Positions 12,189 to 26,918 of a DNA stretch of 64,000 nucleotides are shown in pieces. This DNA is from Eledone cirrhosa (Eukaryota): positions 27,342,001-27,406,000 of the forward strand of contig OZ024747.1 of NCBI GenBank assembly GCA_964016885.1. The letters run 5' to 3'. The notes beneath the pieces are model-generated. The model searched no databases, was not told the DNA's origin, and saw only the letters and a program-made list of their open reading frames with translations. Position numbers and translations under genes: made by a program. Positions within the stretch are counted from its first letter, which is position 1, and each line of letters starts with the position of its first letter.

Positions 12189-15100
12189 CATGGGTAGTGA
12201 TTGTAGGGGATGTGTAATGTTACATGGTAGTGAGACATGGGTAGTGATTGTAGGGGATGTGTAATGTTACAGGGTAGTGAGACATGGGTAGTGATTGTAG
12301 GGGATGTGTAATGTTACAGGGTAGTGAGACATGGGTAGTGATTGTAGGGGATGTGTAATGTTACATGGTAGTGAGACATGGGTAGTGATTGTAGGGGATG
12401 TGTAATGTTACAGGGTAGTGAGACATGGGTAGTGATTGTAGGGGATGTGTAATGTTACATGGTAGTGAGACATGGGTAGTGATTGTAGGGGATGTGTAAT
12501 GTTACAGGGTAGTGAGACATGGGTAGTGATTGTAGGGGATGTGTAATGTTACATGGTAGTGAGACATGGGTAGTGATTGTAGGGGATGTGTAATGTTACA
12601 TGGTAGTGAGACATGGGTAGTGAATGTAGGGGATGTGTAATGTTACATGGTAGTGAGACATGGGTAGTGATGGTGGGGGATGTGTAATGTTACAGGGTAG
12701 TGAGACATGGGTAGTGATTGTAGGGGATGTGTAATGTTACAGGGTAGTGAGACATGGGTAGTGATTGTAGGGGATGTGTAATGTTACATGGGTAGTGATT
12801 GTAGGGGATGTGTAATGTTACATGGTAGTGATTGTGGGAGATGTGTAATGTTACATGGTAGTGAGACATGGGTAGTGATTGTGGGAGATGTGTAATGTTA
12901 CATGGTAGTGAGACATGGGTAGTGATTGTAGGGGATGTGTAATGTTACATACTAGTGAGACATGGGTAGTGATTGTAGGGGATGTGTAATGTTACATGGT
13001 AGTGAGACATGGGTAGTGATTGTAGGGGATGTGTAATGTTACATACTAGTGAGACATGGGTAGTGATTGTAGGGGATGTGTAATGTTACAGGGTAGTGAG
13101 ACATGGGTAGTGATTGTAGGGGATGTGTAATGTTACAGGGTAGTGAGACATGGGTAGTGATTGTAGGGGATGTGTAATGTTACATGGGTAGTGATTGTAG
13201 GGGATGTGTAATGTTACATGGTAGTGATTGTGGGAGATGTGTAATGTTACATGGTAGTGAGACATGGGTAGTGATTGTGGGAGATGTGTAATGTTACATG
13301 GTAGTGAGACATGGGTAGTGATTGTAGGGGATGTGTAATGTTACATACTAGTGAGACATGGGTAGTGATTGTAGGGGATGTGTAATGTTACATGGTAGTG
13401 AGACATGGGTAGTGATTGTAGGGGATGTGTAATGTTACATGGTAGTGAGACATGGGTAGTGATTGTAGGGGATGTGTAATGTTACATACTAGTGAGACAT
13501 GGGTAGTGATTGTAGGGGATGTGTAATGTTACATGGTAGTGAGACATGGGTAGTGATTGTAGGAGATGTGTAATGTTACATGGTAGTGATTGTAGGGGAT
13601 GTGTAATGTTACATGGTAGTGAGACATGGGTAGTGATTGTAGGGGATGTGTAATGTTACAGGGTAGTGAGACATGGGTAGTGATTGTAGGAGATGTGTAA
13701 TGTTACATGGTAGTGAGACATGGGTAGTGATTGTAGGGGATGTGTTGATGTTACATGGTAGTGAGACATGGGTAGTGATTGTAGGAGATGTGTAATGTTA
13801 CATGGTAGTGAGACATGGGTAGTGATTGTAGGGGATGTGTAATGTTACATGGTAGTGATTGTAGGGGATGTGTAATGTTACATGGTAGTGAGACATGGGT
13901 AGTGATTGTAGGGGATGTGTAATGTTACGTGGTAGTGAGACATGGGTAGTGATTGTAGGGGATGTGTAATGTTACATGGTAGTGAGACATGGGGATGTGT
14001 AATGTTACATGGTAGTGAGACATGGGTAGTGATTGTAGGGGATGTGTAATGTTACATGGTAGTGAGACATGGGTAGTGATTGTAGGGGATGTGTAATGTT
14101 ACATGGTAGTGAGACATGGGTAGTGATTGTAGGGGATGTGTAATGTTACATGGTAGTGAGACATGGGTAGTGATTGTAGGGGATGTGTAATGTTACATGG
14201 TAGTGAGACATGGGTAGTGATTGTAGGAGATGTGTAATGTTACATGGTAGTGAGACACGGGTAGTGATTGTAGGGGATGTGTAATGTTACAGGGTAGTGA
14301 GACATGGGTAGTGATTGTAGGAGATGTGTAATGTTACATGGTAGTGAGACACGGGTAGTGATTGTAGGGGATGTGTAATGTTACAGGGTAGTGAGACATG
14401 GGTAGTGATTGTAGGAGATGTGTAATGTTACATGGTAGTGAGACACGGGTAGTGATTGTAGGGGATGTGGAATGTTACATGGTAGTGAGACATGGGTAGT
14501 GATTGTAGGAGATGTGTAATGTTACATGGTAGTGAGACATGGGTAGTGATTGTAGGAGATGTGTAATGTTACATGGTAGTGAGACACGGGTAGTGATTGT
14601 AGGGGATGTGTAATGTTACAGGGTAGTGAGACATGGGTAGTGATTGTAGGAGATGTGTAATGTTACATGGTAGTGAGACATGGGTAGTGATTGTAGGGGA
14701 TGTGTAATGTTACATGGTAGTGAGACATGGGTAGTGATTGTAGGGGATGTGTAATGTTACATGGTAGTGAGACATGGGTAGTGATTGTAGGGGATGTGTA
14801 ATGTTACAGGGTAGTGAGACATGGGTAGTGATTGTAGGGGATGTGTAATGTTACAGGGTAGTGAGACATGGGTAGTGATTGTAGGGGATGTGTAATGTTA
14901 CATGGTAGTGAGACATGGGTAGTGATTGTAGGGGATGTGTAATGTTACAGGGTAGTGAGACATGGGTAGTGATTGTAGGGGATGTGTAATGTTACATGGT
15001 AGTGAGACATGGGTAGTGATTGTAGGGGATGTGTAATGTTACAGGGTAGTGAGACATGGGTAGTGATTGTAGGGGATGTGTAATGTTACATGGTAGTGAG

Positions 15101-18100
15101 ACATGGGTAGTGATTGTAGGGGATGTGTAATGTTACATGGTAGTGAGACATGGGTAGTGAATGTAGGGGATGTGTAATGTTACATGGTAGTGAGACATGG
15201 GTAGTGATGGTGGGGGATGTGTAATGTTACAGGGTAGTGAGACATGGGTAGTGATTGTAGGGGATGTGTAATGTTACAGGGTAGTGAGACATGGGTAGTG
15301 ATTGTAGGGGATGTGTAATGTTACATGGGTAGTGATTGTAGGGGATGTGTAATGTTACATGGTAGTGATTGTGGGAGATGTGTAATGTTACATGGTAGTG
15401 AGACATGGGTAGTGATTGTGGGAGATGTGTAATGTTACATGGTAGTGAGACATGGGTAGTGATTGTAGGGGATGTGTAATGTTACATGGTAGTGAGACAT
15501 GGGTAGTGATTGTAGGGGATGTGTAATGTTACATACTAGTGAGACATGGGTAGTGATTGTAGGGGATGTGTAATGTTACAGGGTAGTGAGACATGGGTAG
15601 TGATTGTAGGGGATGTGTAATGTTACAGGGTAGTGAGACATGGGTAGTGATTGTAGGGGATGTGTAATGTTACATGGGTAGTGATTGTAGGGGATGTGTA
15701 ATGTTACATGGTAGTGATTGTGGGAGATGTGTAATGTTACATGGTAGTGAGACATGGGTAGTGATTGTGGGAGATGTGTAATGTTACATGGTAGTGAGAC
15801 ATGGGTAGTGATTGTAGGGGATGTGTAATGTTACATACTAGTGAGACATGGGTAGTGATTGTAGGGGATGTGTAATGTTACATGGTAGTGAGACATGGGT
15901 AGTGATTGTAGGGGATGTGTAATGTTACATGGTAGTGAGACATGGGTAGTGATTGTAGGGGATGTGTAATGTTACATACTAGTGAGACATGGGTAGTGAT
16001 TGTAGGGGATGTGTAATGTTACATGGTAGTGAGACATGGGTAGTGATTGTAGGAGATGTGTAATGTTACATGGTAGTGATTGTAGGGGATGTGTAATGTT
16101 ACATGGTAGTGAGACATGGGTAGTGATTGTAGGGGATGTGTAATGTTACAGGGTAGTGAGACATGGGTAGTGATTGTAGGAGATGTGTAATGTTACATGG
16201 TAGTGAGACATGGGTAGTGATTGTAGGGGATGTGTTGATGTTACATGGTAGTGAGACATGGGTAGTGATTGTAGGAGATGTGTAATGTTACATGGTAGTG
16301 AGACATGGGTAGTGATTGTAGGGGATGTGTAATGTTACATGGTAGTGATTGTAGGGGATGTGTAATGTTACATGGTAGTGAGACATGGGTAGTGATTGTA
16401 GGGGATGTGTAATGTTACGTGGTAGTGAGACATGGGTAGTGATTGTAGGGGATGTGTAATGTTACATGGTAGTGAGACATGGGGATGTGTAATGTTACAT
16501 GGTAGTGAGACATGGGTAGTGATTGTAGGGGATGTGTAATGTTACATGGTAGTGAGACATGGGTAGTGATTGTAGGGGATGTGTAATGTTACATGGTAGT
16601 GAGACATGGGTAGTGATTGTAGGGGATGTGTAATGTTACATGGTAGTGAGACATGGGTAGTGATTGTAGGGGATGTGTAATGTTACATGGTAGTGAGACA
16701 TGGGTAGTGATTGTAGGAGATGTGTAATGTTACATGGTAGTGAGACACGGGTAGTGATTGTAGGGGATGTGTAATGTTACAGGGTAGTGAGACATGGGTA
16801 GTGATTGTAGGAGATGTGTAATGTTACATGGTAGTGAGACACGGGTAGTGATTGTAGGGGATGTGTAATGTTACAGGGTAGTGAGACATGGGTAGTGATT
16901 GTAGGAGATGTGTAATGTTACATGGTAGTGAGACACGGGTAGTGATTGTAGGGGATGTGGAATGTTACATGGTAGTGAGACATGGGTAGTGATTGTAGGA
17001 GATGTGTAATGTTACATGGTAGTGAGACATGGGTAGTGATTGTAGGAGATGTGTAATGTTACATGGTAGTGAGACACGGGTAGTGATTGTAGGGGATGTG
17101 TAATGTTACAGGGTAGTGAGACATGGGTAGTGATTGTAGGAGATGTGTAATGTTACATGGTAGTGAGACATGGGTAGTGATTGTAGGGGATGTGTAATGT
17201 TACATGGTAGTGAGACATGGGTAGTGATTGTAGGGGATGTGTAATGTTACATGGTAGTGAGACATGGGTAGTGATTGTAGGGGATGTGTAATGTTACATG
17301 GTAGTGATTGTAGGGGATGTGTAATGTTACATGGTAGTGAGACATGGGTAGTGAATGTTGGGGATGTGTAATGTTACATGGTAGTGAGACATGGGTAGTG
17401 ATTGTAGGGGATGTGTAATGTTACATGGTAGTGAGACATGGGTAGTGATTGTAGGGGATGTGTAATGTTACATGGTAGTGAGACATGGATAGTGATTGTA
17501 GGGGATGTGTAATGTTACATGGTAGTGAGACATGGGTAGTGATCATAGGAGATGTGTAATGTTACATGGTAGTGAGACATGGGTAGTGAATGTAGGAGAC
17601 GTGTAATGTTACATGGTAGTGAGACATGGGTAGTGATTGTAGGGGATGTGGAATGTTACAGGGTAGTGAGACATGGGTAGTGATTGTAGGGGATGTGTAA
17701 TGTTACATGGTAGTGAGACATGGGTAGTGATTGTGGGAGATGTGTAATGTTACAGGGTAGTGAGACATGGGTAGTGAATGTAGGGGATGTGTAATGTTAC
17801 AGGGTAGTGAGACATGGGTAGTGATTGTAGCGGATGTGTAATGTTACCTGGTAGTGAGACATGGGTAGTGAATGTAGGGGATGTGTAATGTTACATACTA
17901 TTGAGACATGGGTAGTGATTGTAGGGGATGTGTAATGTTACCTGGTAGTGAGACATGGGTAGTGAATGTAGGGGATGTGTAATGTTACAGGGTAGTGAGA
18001 CATGGGTAGTGAATGTAGGGGATGTGTAATGTTACAGGGTAGTGAGACATGGGTAGTGATTGTAGGGGATGTGTAATGTTACCTGGTAGTGAGACATGGG

Positions 18101-21100
18101 TAGTGAATGTAGGGGATGTGTAATGTTACAGGGTAGTGAGACATGGGTAGTGAATGTAGGGGATGTGTAATGTTACATACTAGTGAGACATGGGTAGTGA
18201 TTGTAGGGGATGTGTAATGTTACATACTATTGAGACATGGGTAGTGATTGTAGGGGATGTGTAATGTTACATACTATTGAGACATGGGTAGTGATTGTAG
18301 GGGATGTGTAATGTTACAGGGTAGTGAGACATGGGTAGTGATTGTAGGGGATGTGTAATGTTACATACTATTGAGACATGGGTAGTGATTGTAGGGGATG
18401 TGTAATGTTACAGGGTAGTGAGACATGGGTAGTGATTGTAGGGGATGTGTAATGTTACATGGTAGTGAGACATGGGTAGTGATTGTAGGGGATGTGTAAT
18501 GTTACATGGTAGTGAGACATGGGTAGTGATTGTAGGGGATGTGTAATGTTACATGGTAGTGAGACATGGGTAGTGATTGTAGGGGATGTGTAATGTTACA
18601 TGGTAGTGAGACATGGGTAGTGATTGTAGGGGATGTGTAATGTTACATGGTAGTGAGACATGGGTAGTGATTGTAGGGGATGTGTAATGTTACATGGTAG
18701 TGAGACATGGGTAGTGATTGTAGGGGATGTGTAATGTTACATGGTAGTGAGACATGGGTAGTGATTGTAGGGGATGTGTAATGTTACATGGTAGTGAGAC
18801 ATGGGTAGTGATTGTAGGGGATGTGTAATGTTACATGGTAGTGAGACATGGGTAGTGAATGTAGAGGATGTGTAATGTTACATGGTAGTGAGACATGGGT
18901 AGTGATTGTGGGAGATGTGTAATGTTACATGGTAGTGAGACATGGGTAGTGATTGTAGGGGATGTGTAATGTTACATGGTAGTGAGACATGGGTAGTGAT
19001 TGTAGGGGATGTGTAATGTTACATGGTAGTGAGACATGGGTAGTGATTGTAGGGGATGTGTAATGTTACAGGGTAGTGAGACATGGGTAGTGATTGTAGG
19101 GGATGTGTAATGTTACATGGTAGTGAGACATGGGTAGTGATTGTAGGGGATGTGTAATGTTACATACTAGTGAGACATGGGTAGTGATTGTAGGGGATGT
19201 GTAATGTTACCTGGTAGTGAGACATGGGTAGTGATTGTAGGGGATGTGTAATGTTACATGGTAGTGAGACATGGGTAGTGATTGTAGGGGATGTGTAATG
19301 TTACATGGTAGTGAGACATGGGTAGTGATTGTAGTGGATGTGTAATGTTACATGGTAGTGAGACATGGGTAGTGATTGTAGGGGATGTGTAATGTTACAG
19401 GGTAGTGAGACATGGGTAGTGATTGTAGGGGACGTGTAATGTTACAGGGTAGTGAGACATGGGTAGTGATTGTGGGAGATGTGTAATGTTACATGGTAGT
19501 GAGACATGGGTAGTGATTGTAGGGGATGTGTAATGTTACATACTAGTGAGACATGGGTAGTGATTGTAGGGGATGTGTAATGTTACATGGTAGTGAGACA
19601 TGGGTAGTGATTGTAGGGGATGTGTAATGTTACATGGTAGTGAGACATGGGTAGTGATTGTAGGGGATGTGTAATGTTACATACTAGTGAGACATGGGTA
19701 GTGATTGTAGGGGATGTGTAATGTTACATGGTAGTGAGACATGGGTAGTGATTGTAGGAGATGTGTAATGTTACATGGTAGTGAGACATGGGTAGTGATT
19801 GTAGGAGATGTGTAATGTTACATGGTAGTGATTGTAGGGGATGTGTAATGTTACATGGTAGTGACACATGGGTAGTGATTGTAGGGGATGTGTAATGTTA
19901 CAGGGTAGTGAGACATGGGTAGTGATTGTAGGAGATGTGTAATGTTACATGGTACTGAGACATGGGTAGTGATTGTAGGGGATGTGTTGATGTTACATGG
20001 GTAGTGATTGTAGGGGATGTGTAATGTTACATGGTAGTGAGACATGGGTAGTGATTGTAGGAGATGTGTAATGTTACATGGTAGTGAGACATGGGTAGTG
20101 ATTGTAGGGGATGTGTAATGTTACATGGTAGTGATTGTAGGGGATGTGTAATGTTACATGGTAGTGAGACATGGGTAGTGATTGTAGGGGATGTGTAATG
20201 TTACATGGTAGTGAGACATGGGTAGTGATTGTAGGGGATGTGTAATGTTACATGGTAGTGAGACATGGGGATGTGTAATGTTACATGGTAGTGAGACATG
20301 GGGATGTGTAATGTTACATGGTAGTGAGACATGGGTAGTGATTGTAGGGGATGTGTAATGTTACATGGTAGTGAGACATGGGTAGTGATTGTAGGAGATG
20401 TGTAATGTTACATGGTAGTGAGACATGGGTAGTGATTGTAGGAGATGTGTAATGTTACATGGTAGTGAGACACGGGTAGTGATTGTAGGGGATGTGTAAT
20501 GTTACAGGGTAGTGAGACATGGGTAGTGATTGTAGGAGATGTGTAATGTTACATGGTAGTGAGACATGGGTAGTGATTGTAGGGGATGTGTAATGTTACA
20601 TGGTAGTGAGACATGGGTAGTGATTGTAGGGGATGTGTAATGTTACATACTATGGAGACATGGGTAGTGATTGTAGGGGATGTGTAATGTTACATGGTAG
20701 TGATTGTAGGGGATGTGTAATGTTACATGGTAGTGAGACATGGGTAGTGAATGTTGGGGATGTGTAATGTTACATGGTAGTGAGACATGGGTAGTGATCA
20801 TAGGAGATGTGTAATGTTACAGGGTAGTGAGACATGGGTAGTGATTGTAGGAGATGTGTAATGTTACATGGTAGTGAGACATGGGTAGTGATTGTAGGAG
20901 ATGTGTAATGTTACATGGTAGTGAGACACGGGTAGTGATTGTAGGGGATGTGTAATGTTACAGGGTAGTGAGACATGGGTAGTGATTGTAGGAGATGTGT
21001 AATGTTACATGGTAGTGAGACATGGGTAGTGATTGTAGGGGATGTGTAATGTTACATGGTAGTGAGACATGGGTAGTGATTGTAGGGGATGTGTAATGTT

Positions 21101-24100
21101 ACATGGTAGTGATTGTAGGGGATGTGTAATGTTACATGGTAGTGAGACATGGGTAGTGAATGTTGGGGATGTGTAATGTTACATGGTAGTGAGACATGGG
21201 TAGTGATTGTAGGGGATGTGTAATGTTACATGGTAGTGAGACATGGGTAGTGATTGTAGGGGATGTGTAATGTTACATGGTAGTGAGACATGGGTCGTGA
21301 TTGTAGGGGATGTGTAATGTTACATGGTAGTGAGACATGGGTAGTGAATGTAGGGGATGTGTAATGTTACAGGGTAGTGAGACATGGGTAGTGAATGTAG
21401 GGGATGTGTAATGTTACAGGGTAGTGAGACATGGGTAGTGATTGTAGGGGATGTGTAATGTTACATGGTAGTGAGACATGGGTAGTGATTGTAGGGGATG
21501 TGTAATGTTACATGGTAGTGAGACATGGGTAGTGAATGTAGGGGATGTGTAATGTTACATGGTAGTGAGACATGGGTAGTGATTGTAGGGGATGTGTAAT
21601 GTTACCTGGTAGTGAGACATGGGTAGTGAATGTAGGGGATGTGTAATGTTACAGGGTAGTGAGACATGGGTAGTGAATGTAGGGGATGTGTAATGTTACA
21701 TGGTAGTGAGACATGGGTAGTGATTGTAGGGGATGTGTAATGTTACATACTATTGAGACATGGGTAGTGATTGTAGGGGATGTGTAATGTTACATGGTAG
21801 TGAGACATGGGTAGTGAATGTAGGGGATGTGTAATGTTACATACTAGTGAGACATGGGTAGTGATTGTAGGGGATGTGTAATGTTACATACTATTGAGAC
21901 ATGGGTAGTGATTGTAGGGGATGTGTAATGTTACATACTATTGAGACATGGGTAGTGATTGTAGGGGATGTGTAATGTTACATGGTAGTGAGACATGGGT
22001 AGTGAATGTAGGGGATGTGTAATGTTACATGGTAGTGAGACATGGGTAGTGAATGTAGGGGATGTGTAATGTTACATGGTAGTGAGACATGGGTAGTGAT
22101 TGTAGGGGATGTGTAATGTTACATGGTAGTGAGACATGGGTAGTGATTGTAGGGGATGTGTGATGTTACATGGTAGTGAGACATGGGTAGTGATTGTAGG
22201 GGATGTGTAATGTTACATGGTAGTGAGACATGGGTAGTGAATGTAGGGGATGTGTAATGTTACATGGTAGTGAGACATGGGTAGTGATTGTAGGGGATGT
22301 GTGATGTTACATGGTAGTGAGACATGGGTAGTGATTGTAGGGGATGTGTAATGTTACATGGTAGTGAGACATGGGTAGTGAATGTTGGGGATGTGTAATG
22401 TTACATGGTAGTGAGACATGGGTAGTGAATGTAGGGGATGTGTAATGTTACATGGTAGTGAGACATGGGTAGTGAATGTTGGGGATGTGTAATGTTACAT
22501 GGTAGTGAGACATGGGTAGTGAATGTAGGGGATGTGTAATGTTACATGGTAGTGAGACATGGGTAGTGATTGTAGGGGATGTGTAATGTTACATACTATT
22601 GAGACGTGGGTAGTGATTGTAGGGGATGTGTAATGTTACATGGTAGTGAGACATGGGTAGTGAATGTAGGGGATGTGTAATGTTACATGGTAGTGAGACA
22701 TGGGTAGTGATTGTAGGGGATGTGTAATGTTACAGGGTAGTGAGACATGGGTAGTGATTGTAGGGGATGTGTAATGTTACCTGGTAGTGAGACATGGGTA
22801 GTGATTGTAGGGGATGTGTAATGTTACATGGTAGTGAGACATGGGTAGTGATTGTAGGGGATGTGTAATGTTACATGGTAGTGAGACATGGGTAGTGATT
22901 GTAGGGGATGTGTAATGTTACATACTATTGAGACATGGGTAGTGATTGTAGGGGATGTGTAATGTTACAGGGTAGTGAGACATGGGTAGTGATTGTAGGG
23001 GATGTGTAATGTTACATACTATTGAGACATGGGTAGTGATTGTAGGGGATGTGTAATGTTACATGGTAGTGAGACATGGGTAGTGATTGTAGGGGATGTG
23101 TAATGTTACATGGTAGTGAGACATGGGTAGTGATTGTAGGGGATGTGTAATGTTACAGGGTAGTGAGACATGGGTAGTGATTGTAGGGGATGTGTAATGT
23201 TACATGGTAGTGAGACATGGGTAGTGATTGTAGGGGATGTGTAATGTTACAGGGTAGTGAGACATGTGTAGTGATTGTAGGGGATGTGTAATGTTACATA
23301 CTATTGAGACATGGGTAGTGATTGTAGGGGATGTGTAATGTTACATGGTAGTGAGACATGGGTAGTGATTGTAGGGGATGTGTAATGTTACAGGGTAGTG
23401 AGACATGGGTAGTGATTGTAGGGGATGTGTAATGTTACATGGTAGTGAGACATGGGTAGTGATTGTAGGGGATGTGTAATGTTACAGGGTAGTGAGACAT
23501 GGGTAGTGATTGTAGGGGATGTGTAATGTTACATACTATTGAGACATGGGTAGTGATTGTAGGAGATGTGTAATGTTACATGGTAGTGAGACATGGGTAG
23601 TGATTGTAGGGGATGTGTAATGTTACATGGTAGTGAGACATGGGTAGTGATTGTAGGGGATGTGGAATGTTACATGGTAGTGAGACATGGGTAGTGATTG
23701 TAGGGGATGTGTAATGTTACATGGTAGTGAGACATGGTTAGTGATTGTAGGGGATGTGTAATGTTACATGGTAGTGAAACATGGGTAGTGATTGTAGGGG
23801 ATGTGGAATGTTACATGGTAGTGAGACATGGGTAGTGATTGTAGGGGATGTGTGATGTTACATGGTAGTGAGACATGGGTAGTGATTGTAGGGGATGTGT
23901 AATGTTACAGGGTAGTGAGACATGGGTAGTGATTGTAGGGGATGTGTAATGTTACATACTAGTGAAAGATGGGTACTGATTGTAGGGGATGTGTAATGTT
24001 ACAGGGTAGTGAGACATGGGTAGTGATTGTAGGGGATGTGTAATGTTACATACTAGTGAAAGATGGGTACTGATTGTAGGGGATGTGTAATGTTACAGGG

Positions 24101-25880
24101 TAGTGAGACATGGGTAGTGATTGTAGGGGATGTGTAATGTTACATACTAGTGAAAGATGGGTACTGATTGTAGGGGATGTGTAATGTTACAGGGTAGTGA
24201 GACATGCGTAGTGATTGTAGGGGATGTGTAATGTTACATGGTAGTGAGACATGGGTAGTGATTGTAGGGGATGTGTAATGTTACATGGTAGTGAGACATG
24301 GGTAGTGATTGTAGGGCATGTGTAATGTTACATGGTAGTGAGACATGGGTAGTGAATGTAGGGGATGTGTGATGTTACATGGTAGTGAGACATGGGTAGT
24401 GATTGTAGGGGATGTGTAATGTTACATGGTAGTGAGACATGGGTAGTGATTGTAGGGGATGTGTAATGTTACATGGTAGTGAGACATGGGTAGTGAATGT
24501 AGGGGATGTGTGATGTTACATGGTAGTGAGACATGGGTAGTGATTGTAGGGGATGTGTAATGTTACAGGGTAGTGAGACATGGGTAGTGATTGTAGGGGA
24601 TGTGTAATGTTACATGGTAGTGAGACATGGGTAGTGATCGTAGGAGATGTGTAATGTTACAGGGTAGTGAGACATGGGTAGTGATTGTAGGGGATGTGTA
24701 ATGTTACATGGTAGTGAGACATGGGTAGTGATCGTAGGGGATGTGTAATGTTACATGGTAGTGAGACATGGGTAGTGATTGTAGGGGATGTGTAATGTTA
24801 CATGGTAGTGAGACATGGGTAGTGATCGTAGGGGATGTGTAATGTTACAGGGTAGTGAGACATGGGTAGTGATCGTAGGGGATGTGTAATGTTACAGGGT
24901 AGTGAGACATGGGTAGTGATCGTAGGGGATGTGTAATGTTACAGGGTAGTGAGACATGGGTAGTGATCGTAGGGGATGTGTAATGTTACAGGGTAGTGAG
25001 ACATGGATAGTGATTGTAGGGGATGTGTAATGTTACATGGTAGTGAGACATGGGTAGTGATTGTAGGGGATGTGTAATGTTACAGGGTAGTGAGACATGT
25101 GTAGTGATTGTAGGGGATGTGTAATGTTACAGGGTAGTGAGACATGGGTAGTGATTGTAGGGGATGTGTAATGTTACATGGTAGTGAGACATGGGTAGTG
25201 ATTGTAGGGGATGTGTAATGTTACATGGTAGTGAGACATGGGTAGTGATTGTAGGGGATGTGTAATGTTACATGGTAGTGAGACATGGGTAGTGATTGTA
25301 GGGGATGTGTAATGTTACAGGGTAGTGAGACATGGGTAGTGATTGTAGGGGATGTGTAATGTTACATGGTAGTGAGACATGGGTAGTGATTGTAGGGGAT
25401 GTGTAATGTTACAGGGTAGTGAGACATGGGTAGTGATTGTAGGGGATGTGTAATGTTACAGGGTAGTGAGACATGTGTAGTGATTGTAGGGGATGTGTAA
25501 TGTTAAAGGCTAGTGAGACATGGGTAGTGATTGTAGGGGATGTGTAATGTTACAGGGTAGTGAGACATGGGTAGTGATTGTAGGGGATGTGTAATGTTAC
25601 ATGGTAGTGAGACATGGGTAGTGATTGTAGGGGATGTGTAATGTTACATGGTAGTGAGACATGGGTAGTGATTGTAGGGGATGTGTAATGTTAAAGGCTA
25701 GTGAGACATGGTTAGTGATTGTAGGGGATGTGTAATGTTACAGGGTAGTGAGACATGGGTAGTGATCATAGGAGATGTGTAATGTTACATGGTAGTGAGA
25801 CATGGGTAGTGATTGTAGGGGATGTGTAATGTTACATGGTAGTGAGACATGGGTAGTGATTGTAGGGGATGTGTGATGTT
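12189..25880. repeat. 47-bp tandem satellite, about 13.7 kb (roughly 290 copies), intronic
   Basis: Unit catgggtagtgattgtaggggatgtgtaatgttacatggtagtgaga, with recurrent variants (acagggt, atacta, gaatg, ggagat) and shortened units. Confidence 0.98.
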
Positions 25881-26055
25881 TCATTCACAGCCACATAACA
25901 TCCTCTATATTCACTACCCATGTCTCTTTACCAAATAACATCACACATCCCCTATATTCACTGCCTATGCCTCACTACCATGTAACAGTACATGGATAGT
26001 CAATGTAGAGAATGTTACATGTTAGTGAGATGTGGGCAGTGAGATGTAGAGGATG

Positions 26056-26430
26056 TATGATGGTACATGGCTGTGGGACATAGGCAGCAAAGGTAACATG
26101 CAGAGACTAGGAAGAAATAAATCAAGTATGCTTTACTGGATGCCTAAAGTTAATGTGTATTAACTACAAAACTCAGATGAGTTGAGGGAAAAACTGGATA
26201 TAAGAGGTATCAGATATACTGGGCAAATCAAATTATTGTCCTAGTGTGGACATGTAATGCATGTGGATTATGATTGTTGGGTGAAGAAGTGCCAGGTATT
26301 CCAAGTGGATGGAAGCTGCTGTTGAAGAAAATGAAGGAAAGCATGAACAGAAGTGTTGAAAGATAATCTCAGAATGCTGAACCTTTCAGAAGAGATGTCA
26401 GAAAAAAAAAGAGACAAGTGGATAATGTCT
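26056..26430 (+). mobile_element. Old, degenerate RTE LINE 3' fragment
   Basis: Decayed ...RLGRN..SMLYWM...ELREKLDIRGI...GHVMHVDYDCWVKKC, with stops and frameshifts. Confidence 0.7.
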
Positions 26431-26464
26431 CGTGAATAAATTTGGTAGATTGAAACTGAATGAA

Positions 26465-26918
26465 AGTCCATGTGTGTGAGATGTCCGATGCTGCATGGTA
26501 GTAAGACATGGGCAGCAACTGTGGAAGATATGTGACGGCTGGAGAGAAATGTAGCAAGCATGCTCCACTGGATGTGCAATGTCAATGTGCGTGAACGACC
26601 AAGCATAGACAAGTTGAGAGAGAAACTGTGTATAAGAGGGATAGGCTGAGGTGTGCAGGAGAGAAGACTACATTGGTATGGACGTGTGATGTACGTGGAG
26701 GATGACCGCTGGGTAAAGAAGTGCCAAGAAATCCCAGTAGAATGAAGACTCAGTTGAGGAAGACCACGAAAAACATGGGCGGAGGTGGTGAGAGCAGAAC
26801 TCAGATCGCTGAAGCTCACGGAGGAGATGACAAAGGACTGTGACGAATGGAGAGATGCTGTGCTGAATAAGACCCGCCCCACTCTTGGAAACAAGGAAAA
26901 GCGGATGTAAAATGATGA
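26465..26918 (+). mobile_element. RTE LINE 3' fragment with tail
   Basis: MLHGSKTWAATVEDM*RLERNVASMLHWMC...ERRLHWYGRVM...GRPRKTWAEVVRAEL...EWRDAVLNKTRP, then tail aaaagcggatgtaaaatgatga followed by (TA)n. Confidence 0.9.

Noticed and set aside
12189-25880. CRISPR-like appearance of the 47-bp array (also the 43- and 44-bp arrays)
   Set aside because: Head-to-tail repeats without unique spacers, no cas genes, and a eukaryotic intron context.
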